A stretch of 64,000 nucleotides of DNA from Verrucomicrobiota bacterium (GTDB lineage: Bacteria; Verrucomicrobiota; Verrucomicrobiia; Limisphaerales; Palsa-1400), in NCBI GenBank assembly GCA_049510745.1, contig JBEKYR010000011.1, positions 32,001-96,000 of the forward strand, written 5' to 3'. The notes beneath the pieces were generated by a model, which saw nothing but the letters and a program-made list of their open reading frames with translations, was not told the origin of the DNA and did not search any database. The stretch's first letter is position 1. Each line of letters starts with the position of its first letter. A program made the position numbers and the translations under genes. Below are positions 58,301-64,000 of the stretch, in pieces.

Positions 58301-58468
58301 CTGGGAGATTTCGGATTTCCAGGCGGCGGTTTTCTGGCGCAGCGCCTCGTCGGACAGGGAGGACAGGGGGGTTTCGAGGGCATTGATCTTGGCGACCCAT
58401 GGCCGGAGCTTGCGCACCTGTCGTTCGTTCTGCGAACCGACGATTTTTTTAATGATGTAATTAATCAT
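55307..58468 (-). CDS. secA: Preprotein translocase subunit SecA
   Basis: EMATGEGKT, VDEVDSILIDEARTP, GRRWSDGLHQ, QLRGR, C-terminal GRNDPCPCGS. Confidence 0.98.
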   Translation of the reverse strand: MINYIIKKIVGSQNERQVRKLRPWVAKINALETPLSSLSDEALRQKTAAWKSEISQIKDNVELARRLNEIMPEAYAVVKNTCRRLCGQDIIVRDHVLKWEMIPFDVQLVGGFALHNGKITEMATGEGKTLVATLPVYLNALTGRGVHVVTVNDYLAARDSEWMGAVYKFLGLTVGCILHDQSPAERRAQYDCDITYGTNAEFGFDYLRDNGMALRKEDQVQRGHYFAIVDEVDSILIDEARTPLIISGPSVVTVDNQYDRFKPAVEALVRTQEKLCARFLSEAEALLKKLRPEDGSNPANPPALENEIGLLLYRVNMGDPRSAGLMKLLEDPENKRMMNKAELELHADQSKKALYAEKEELFYAMDEKSHDADLTEKGRSYMRPEDPDAFVLPDLTVRFHEIDTGPEADARLRLEEKAKVQADFEAKAAQIHTISQLLKAYSLYQLDVHYVIENGKVVIVDEHTGRPMYGRRWSDGLHQAVEAKEGVEIERETQTLATITIQNYFRLYKKLAGMTGTAETEASEFLDIYKLGVLVIPTNKPVARKDANDSVYKTKREKFNAVINEITSIHNQGRPILVGTVSVETSEHVSRMLKRIGIIHSVLNAKFHQQEAEIVSRAGQRGSVTIATNMAGRGTDIKLGEGIAALGGLHVIGTERHESRRIDRQLRGRCARQGDPGSSHFFISLEDDLMRLFGSDKIVKYMEKMGLEEGQELQHVMLNKSIETAQKRVEQHNFQRRKRTLEYDDVMNKQREVIYGFRDEVINSDDVRDRLMDIMEEIVIQKVRELTPADIETADSKARPLAGWNPQAGVEAKMAKHPEWNARPLADWINLNFPLGVPEEEILKAARSGQQAPVPGSAFDGLSAPQFAVCQFICQAVRQAYELKISFEQPQALKSVERYTILRAVDELWQEHLYGMDTLRESIGLRAYGQRDPLIEYKAEAFKVFEDLMVNIKTEICHNIFRSASSMMAFDKFIRSVPQRTIHQSADAFGGAPSGAPAPPAQADGKRPSDMVTEASSAMSKPRPIRSGPKVGRNDPCPCGSKKKYKHCCGRNG

Positions 58469-58649
58469 ACCAATCGAGCGCGACAAGTTACGGGAAATCG
58501 GGGGCAGCGTCAAAAGGATAAGGGCAAGGATGAAAGGCAGAAGGATGAAGGAAGAAGGAAGAAGACCCATTTCCTTTGGCACTTGTGAGGTTTTTCGTCA
58601 CTGGTCGGTGTCGTCGGATCCGGGTATTTTTTGGAATTTCATTTTTTGG

Positions 58650-58695
58650 CCCGATTTGGCCGGATTTACCCGGATTTGGCCGGATTTGTCCGGGT
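58650..58695. repeat. 10-bp tandem repeat CCGGATTT(G/A)N
   Basis: CCCGATTTGG CCGGATTTAC CCGGATTTGG CCGGATTTGT CCGGG. Confidence 0.7.
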
Positions 58696-59123
58696 TTTCG
58701 GGTTCGTTTTCCGGGTTGAATCCGGCATTTTTTGCCGCCTTTCGGGGTAGTTTCCGGTGCTGGCGGTGCATGAGAGCGGCATTTGAACGAGGCGAGGATT
58801 GAGTTTTTGCGTCAAGTCTGTCCCCTGCAAATGACGGCAAAGGTCGCGTACGAGGGCGAACGTCCAAGGTTGGACTGGCTTGATCGGGGAGCCAATGGGA
58901 CCAAGGCGACGAATGGCTGATCGGATCGGAGAGGTCTCCGAGCCACGGGCCGGTGTTGAGCGGGCCGCACTGAGCACTTTGCCTTTTGCATGTCTCATTC
59001 ATGCTGGCTCGATTAGAACACAGGTCCATCAAGTCGAAAAACCTACGGAAGGAAAGATTCTTAAAAAAAAAGAGGGTTTGACCGCATCCTCCTTCGCAGA
59101 AGCTATGGAGGACGGGGAGAACA

Positions 59124-61964
59124 CTACTGATTTTTTATAGGCGAAGGCGGCGGTTCCGGCAGGGCGATGGCTTGGTCTGTTTCGGCTTCAAGTTCGTCAA
59201 GTTGGATGAGCACCCTCTCCCAGCGGGAGGCGCCCAGCGATAAGGCGGCGCCGTCTTTGGCGCTGTACTCCTGGCCGGGAGCAATGACGGTGGTTCCTTT
59301 TCGACTGAAGGTCCGAAGCGGGGTCACCGATAGTTTATCGGCAGAATCAGGTCCGGGGGCGGTGATCATGTAGCAGCCCAAGCCGCCGCCTTCGATGACG
59401 GAACGGCCGGCGGCATCGCTGATCTCAAGGGTGTTGCCCGGCACCAAGGCGCGCACGACGGTGAAGATGCGGCCGTTGCAGAGTTGGAGCACTGTCTCGG
59501 TAACGGGAACACCATTTTGGCTGCCTTCGGAGAGTTTGGCGATTTTCATCTGGCTTTCCGGGGCCAAGCGCACGGTGGTGCCTGCTCTTCTGATGAAGAA
59601 GTCGCCCCAGCTTTTTTCGCCGGTCCGGATAATGGCGCCTTCCCCAAGAACGTGGTGAAGACGGAGCCTGTGGAAATTAGTTCCGTCATCGGAACCGAGG
59701 CATTGTCCATGGACCAATAGAACGGTGACGTTGCGGGGCGAGGAGGGCGCGGGGTCCGGGGCCAGGGTGGCGGGCAATTCTCCAGGAAAGTTTTCCAAGT
59801 CCGGCTCCTGGTATTCATCGCTGAGTTTGGAACTGGCGAGCCAGGGTGCGCTTGGATTCCAGAGGCCGGCATCGTTGCGGGCCTCCAAATCTTCCTTTTG
59901 CCGGTTAAGATTTGCGATTTGATTGGTCAGATCGTAGAGCAAGTTGCTCCATTGGGCGAGGCGGGATTCGGCCTGGGCTTTCTCGCGATTGAGCTGAGTA
60001 ATCCGGGATCGGAAGTCGGTTTGCTCGCCAGCGAGCCTGGAATTCTGCTCCTTGGCGTCCCGGGTTTCCAGTTCTTGTTCGCGGGTCTGTTGAGCCAACG
60101 CCAGGAGGTTTGATTCCTTGAGCGCGAGGCTTGACTCGGCGAGCGAGAGTTTATTATTTGCCGACCGGAAGGTTTTTTTGGCCGCGGCGAGGTTGGAGAT
60201 GAATTGTTGGAGTTCCACCTCTGCTTGCTGTCGTTGAAGCTCCTTAAGAGACGTGACGAGTATGACGGCCACAATGATGATCAACAGCAGACCGAGGCCG
60301 AGCGTCAGATATTGCAAAGGTCCTGCCACGGGGTCCCCGGCCCGTGCCAGGAACGGCGCTTGGCGGGGAGGTTCGGACTTTTGCGCGGGGAGTTCCTTTT
60401 CTTCCGGTGGCCGGCGTTCTTCCTGGTCCGTGGAATGGGATTGCGCCGCCGGCGCCGCGTTCCGCGCTTTGTCCCCGCGCTGGAAGAAATCTTCAAGAAT
60501 GCGACCGGCCGAGGCGTCAACAAGCTCTGCGGTGATCAGGCCGGCTCCAGGCTGCCCCTGGGGCGGGCGTTTGCGAGTCTCATTGAGTTGCTGGCAGAAA
60601 AAGCTGAGCAACGGCGGTTCAATGCGGAGTTTGTCCAATGGTTCGATGGCTCCGCCCGGCGCGGGCGATCTTGCGGACGAGGGCGGGGTTTCGCGTCCGA
60701 GGCGGCGGACTATCGTTTCAGCCAGGCTGTCGGGGTTGGCAGGATCGAAGAGGCGCCGGCCTGGACCGAGCACTGCCTGGAGGGCTTGCCATCCATTGAA
60801 TGGCTTGAGGAAAAAGTGGTTTTGGGTGATGGAAGGAATTTGTCCGCCGCGGGCGAGGAGTTGTGGAAGGTGGTCTTGACGCAGGCAGATCACCACCTTG
60901 AACCAGTGGCGCTTTGTTCCAGAGTCGGAGGACGGACGGTTGGGCGGGCTGATAGTTTCCCGGACGCGATTCCCGGCCAGATTCGCGATCTGGGTCCAGA
61001 GGGCTTCAACGTGGCCGCCAGCGGCGGGATCGGTGGCATCGAAAGCAAGGACGTCTTCAAACTGGTCGAAGATCAAGACGGGCAGGAGAAGGATCCGGTC
61101 GAAGGCAACCCAGCGCGAATTTTGCAGATAAAAATACTCCCAGAGGGTCTGGCCTTCACCGAAGGGCGCGCCGTCAATCTGGCGCTCTCGGAGAACGCGG
61201 TTGATGGCATCGCGCACTTGTTGGACTGGAGGCTCCGCGCCGGCGCATTGCAGGCGGAGATAGACCGGCTCCAATCTCATGCGGTCGAACAGCGGCTTGA
61301 GGCCGGCCCGCAAGAGAGAGCTTTTGCCGACGCCCGGCTGGCCCAGCACCACTGTGACGACTCCGCGTTCGAGTCGTTGCACCAGTTCAAGTTGTTCGTT
61401 CTCGCGTCCGAAAAAATAAGCGTGTTCGTTGGGCAAGAAGGAATCCAGCCCAGGCCACGGGTTGTCCGGTGTCAGCGGCATCCGATCCCTGGTTTCGGCC
61501 GAGGGCATTGGGATGCAAGAGCTTTTGATTCCATGGGTGGCGCGTTGGATTCTTGCTGTCAGATCGTTGAACAGTTCCCGGGAAGGCGGGTAAATGGTCA
61601 TGAAGTCGGCAGCCGATTCCCCGGAAGAACACCTGGAGCAAACCAGTTCCAGCAAAGCTGTGTTGGCGATCACTTTGAACGGACACCCTGCGCCGACGAT
61701 GATGGGGACTACTGCGCGCAGCACGTCGTCAGCGATTGCAGGATGAACAGAAAGACGGATTTCAAACCCGGCCACGGCGGGAGAAGTCTCTCCAGCCGGC
61801 CACAGATGGGTAAAAATGCCTTCCGACACTTTCCGCCATCGGTCTCCAGCGAATGTGGATAGAAGAGGGGTGAAACTGTGGGACCGGGGGCTGACCATGC
61901 GTTGCGGCTTTGCAGGGTCTGGGACGGCATCCACAAGGCAAATGTGAACTTCACCACTATTCAT
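59124..61964 (-). CDS. Multidomain protein: degenerate LanKC-type lyase N-domain, nSTAND1-like NTPase, TM, coiled coil, FecR-like domain
   Basis: GFEIRLSV...PFKV...FMTIYP; NPWPGLDSF..FFGR, GQPGVGKSSLLRAGL, LIFDQFED; TM LGLGLLLIIIVAVILV; LGEGAIIRTG...TTVRLAPESQM. Confidence 0.8.
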   Translation of the reverse strand: MNSGEVHICLVDAVPDPAKPQRMVSPRSHSFTPLLSTFAGDRWRKVSEGIFTHLWPAGETSPAVAGFEIRLSVHPAIADDVLRAVVPIIVGAGCPFKVIANTALLELVCSRCSSGESAADFMTIYPPSRELFNDLTARIQRATHGIKSSCIPMPSAETRDRMPLTPDNPWPGLDSFLPNEHAYFFGRENEQLELVQRLERGVVTVVLGQPGVGKSSLLRAGLKPLFDRMRLEPVYLRLQCAGAEPPVQQVRDAINRVLRERQIDGAPFGEGQTLWEYFYLQNSRWVAFDRILLLPVLIFDQFEDVLAFDATDPAAGGHVEALWTQIANLAGNRVRETISPPNRPSSDSGTKRHWFKVVICLRQDHLPQLLARGGQIPSITQNHFFLKPFNGWQALQAVLGPGRRLFDPANPDSLAETIVRRLGRETPPSSARSPAPGGAIEPLDKLRIEPPLLSFFCQQLNETRKRPPQGQPGAGLITAELVDASAGRILEDFFQRGDKARNAAPAAQSHSTDQEERRPPEEKELPAQKSEPPRQAPFLARAGDPVAGPLQYLTLGLGLLLIIIVAVILVTSLKELQRQQAEVELQQFISNLAAAKKTFRSANNKLSLAESSLALKESNLLALAQQTREQELETRDAKEQNSRLAGEQTDFRSRITQLNREKAQAESRLAQWSNLLYDLTNQIANLNRQKEDLEARNDAGLWNPSAPWLASSKLSDEYQEPDLENFPGELPATLAPDPAPSSPRNVTVLLVHGQCLGSDDGTNFHRLRLHHVLGEGAIIRTGEKSWGDFFIRRAGTTVRLAPESQMKIAKLSEGSQNGVPVTETVLQLCNGRIFTVVRALVPGNTLEISDAAGRSVIEGGGLGCYMITAPGPDSADKLSVTPLRTFSRKGTTVIAPGQEYSAKDGAALSLGASRWERVLIQLDELEAETDQAIALPEPPPSPIKNQ

Positions 61965-62125
61965 GGTATCGTCGTGCAAGAAATAATTTATGAAAGCGCC
62001 GGTGTATGCAAGAGAAATCGGACAAGCGCAGGCGGATTGCCTGAGGCGCAACCCTATTCCTCCGAAACGGCGCGGAATGAACCGGGAAACATCGATGGCG
62101 ACGCGTGAACGGCGTTCAATGCACC

Positions 62126-64000
62126 TCAATTTTCAGCGAGGATTTTTTGCAATTCGCGATGGTTGACTTTGCCGGTGCCCAGTTTCGGGATGTCATGCAC
62201 AAATTTGACCTCGCGCGGGGCGTAGAGGTTGCTCAGGCCTTTGGCTTTGATCGCGGCGCGGATTTCGTCCAGGGTCAGTTTCGGCTCGTTCGAGACGGCG
62301 ACCAGGGCTTCGCCGCGGTCGGGATCGGGGCGGGAGAGGACGGCGACCTGGAAGCGCAGGCCGTATTGGGGAAAAGCGCCGGCCAGCGCCTCCTCGGCGG
62401 CGGTCAGGCTGACCATTTCCCCGCTGACCTTGGCAAAGCGTTTGAGGCGGCCCAGGATGTAGAGGAAACCGTCTTCGTCCACGCGGGCGATGTCGCCGGT
62501 GTCGTACCAGCCGCCCTGCGCCTGGAAGAGGGCGTTGGGTTCGGGGTTCAAATAGCCGCGCATGATGTTGGGGCCGCGCAACCAGAGGCGCCCGCCCTCG
62601 GGCACGCCTTGGACCGGCTCGAATTTGTATTCGATGCCCGGCAGGAATCTTCCGGCGGAGCCAAAACGCGGGGAAACGCCGGAGTTCATCGTGATGGCCG
62701 GGCTGCATTCGGTCGCGCCGTAACCTTCGAGCACGCGGACGCCGTATTGGCGCGCCCAGGCGTTGGCGGTGACTTCCTGCAATTTCTCCGCGCCGGCGAT
62801 GAGCAGGCGCAAGGAGCGGAAATCATACGGGTTGGCCTTGCGCGCGTAGCCGTTGAGGAAGGTGTTGGTGCCGAAGAAAATCGTGCAATCCAGATCGTAA
62901 AAGAGCGTCGGAATGACGCGATAACGCAGCGGCGACGGATAGAGAAAAGTGAAAATGCCCCGCGCCAGCGGCAGGAGCAAGCCGAGCAAGCCAAAGCTGT
63001 GAAACAGAGGCAGGGCGTTGAAGAACCGGTCGCCATCCGTCAAATCGAGCACCGCCAGCACTTGGCGGATGTTGGCCAGCAGATTCCCGTGCGACAGCGC
63101 AACGCCCTTGGGCGGCCCTTCGGAACCGCTGGTGAAGAGAATGACGGCGGTGTCCTCGCGCCGCCCGGCGCCGGCGATGGATTCCGGCCGGAAAAGGGCG
63201 GCGGCCAGCGCCCGCCATTGCGCCCCGCGCGAAATGCCCGCGCGCACGTCCTCCAGATAAATAAACGTGATGCCCGCGTCCACCATCGGCTGGAGGTTTA
63301 ACCTGGCCCGCTCCAAAAACAGCCTGGAGGTGATAATTTGTTTGACGCCCGCCAATTGCGCGCACGCCAGCATGGTGGGCACGCCGCTGGAAAAATTGAA
63401 AATGGCGGGAACGCGGTCCGCCGACCACAGACTCAGCAGCGTGAGCGGGACGGCGTTGGAATTGGGCAGCAGGACGCCGACGTGTGCGCCGGGTTCGGAG
63501 GAGAGCAACGCGCGCCAGCGGGCCGCCAGGGCGGCCGTGCCGGCCAGCAAGCGGCGGTAGTTGAGCCGTTGGCGGGAAACATCCTGCAGCACCACCGCCG
63601 AGGGCCAGAGGCGGGCGGAGCGGACGATCTCGCCCAAGACAGTGGAGGCCGCGAGGGGCATCTCGACGGCAAATTGCTGTTGCACCATGATGTCCTGCAG
63701 CCAGCGGGTCAACTTCTGGCGGGCGCGCGTGGTGCTGATCCCGGTCAATTGGGGCGGGGTGAGAAGGTCGCTGAAGTGGGCGGAGACGGTCGGGAAGCAT
63801 TGTTTGCGGTTGGGATTGGGCGAGAAAGGCAGGCGCTGGACGCCGCGTAAATAGCAGGTGATGAGGCGGGCGTTGGTCTTGAAGAGGAGGAAGCCGGTGC
63901 CGTCGAAAAGTTTCATGAGCGAGCCGGTGCGGGAAAGGCGGCCTTCGGGGAAGAGGACCAGTTTTCCGCCGGCCTGGAGGAATTCCGCCATGCGTTTGAC
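62126..64000 (-). CDS. aas: Acyltransferase/acyl-ACP synthetase Aas-like (5' end outside window)
   Basis: LFPEGR (PlsC), LFTSGSEGPPKG, EGYGATE, WYDTGD, GRLKRFAK. Confidence 0.9.
   Translation of the reverse strand, partial: VKRMAEFLQAGGKLVLFPEGRLSRTGSLMKLFDGTGFLLFKTNARLITCYLRGVQRLPFSPNPNRKQCFPTVSAHFSDLLTPPQLTGISTTRARQKLTRWLQDIMVQQQFAVEMPLAASTVLGEIVRSARLWPSAVVLQDVSRQRLNYRRLLAGTAALAARWRALLSSEPGAHVGVLLPNSNAVPLTLLSLWSADRVPAIFNFSSGVPTMLACAQLAGVKQIITSRLFLERARLNLQPMVDAGITFIYLEDVRAGISRGAQWRALAAALFRPESIAGAGRREDTAVILFTSGSEGPPKGVALSHGNLLANIRQVLAVLDLTDGDRFFNALPLFHSFGLLGLLLPLARGIFTFLYPSPLRYRVIPTLFYDLDCTIFFGTNTFLNGYARKANPYDFRSLRLLIAGAEKLQEVTANAWARQYGVRVLEGYGATECSPAITMNSGVSPRFGSAGRFLPGIEYKFEPVQGVPEGGRLWLRGPNIMRGYLNPEPNALFQAQGGWYDTGDIARVDEDGFLYILGRLKRFAKVSGEMVSLTAAEEALAGAFPQYGLRFQVAVLSRPDPDRGEALVAVSNEPKLTLDEIRAAIKAKGLSNLYAPREVKFVHDIPKLGTGKVNHRELQKILAEN

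Noticed and set aside
58598..59032. 144-aa minus-strand ORF upstream of secA
   Set aside because: Built largely from simple repeats, with no recognisable domain
59124..61964. Lanthipeptide biosynthetic cluster
   Set aside because: The lyase-like domain is degenerate, and there is no kinase, cyclase, precursor or transporter

Overview
High-GC bacterial chromosome segment, most likely a Verrucomicrobiota (Pedosphaerales-like) genome; this taxonomy is inferred from lineage-typical protein families, not from a marker gene. The housekeeping backbone comprises glgC, an egtD-like and a folP-like gene, a sugar porter/nagZ/ampG-like cluster, thrC-like/MoaD/NIL, HU, hisS, a LOG-family gene, ileS, purD, secA and a partial aas. 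The window also has four sensor kinases plus a response regulator, a heptaheme cytochrome c/cytochrome b-like pair, and a flagellar filament locus (two ~94% identical flagellins with sigma-28 promoters, then fliD). Several AT-richer mini-islands carry orphan genes, toxin-antitoxin modules and GIY-YIG/IstB remnants, and many small palindromic elements are scattered through the window, some nested inside each other. The most unusual observations are: (1) a ~946-aa protein fusing a degenerate LanKC/OspF-type phosphothreonine-lyase domain to an nSTAND1-like NTPase, a TM helix, a coiled coil and a FecR-like domain; (2) a covarying multi-hairpin leader RNA shared by both flagellin genes; (3) a 138-bp element inserted exactly into one arm of a perfect inverted repeat, with a probable sibling elsewhere; (4) GGGTC...GACCC palindromic elements bracketing orphan cassettes; (5) nearly arginine-free flagellins and FliD. 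No rRNA, intact tRNA or CRISPR array was seen. All family calls are by eye from motifs; no database search was run.
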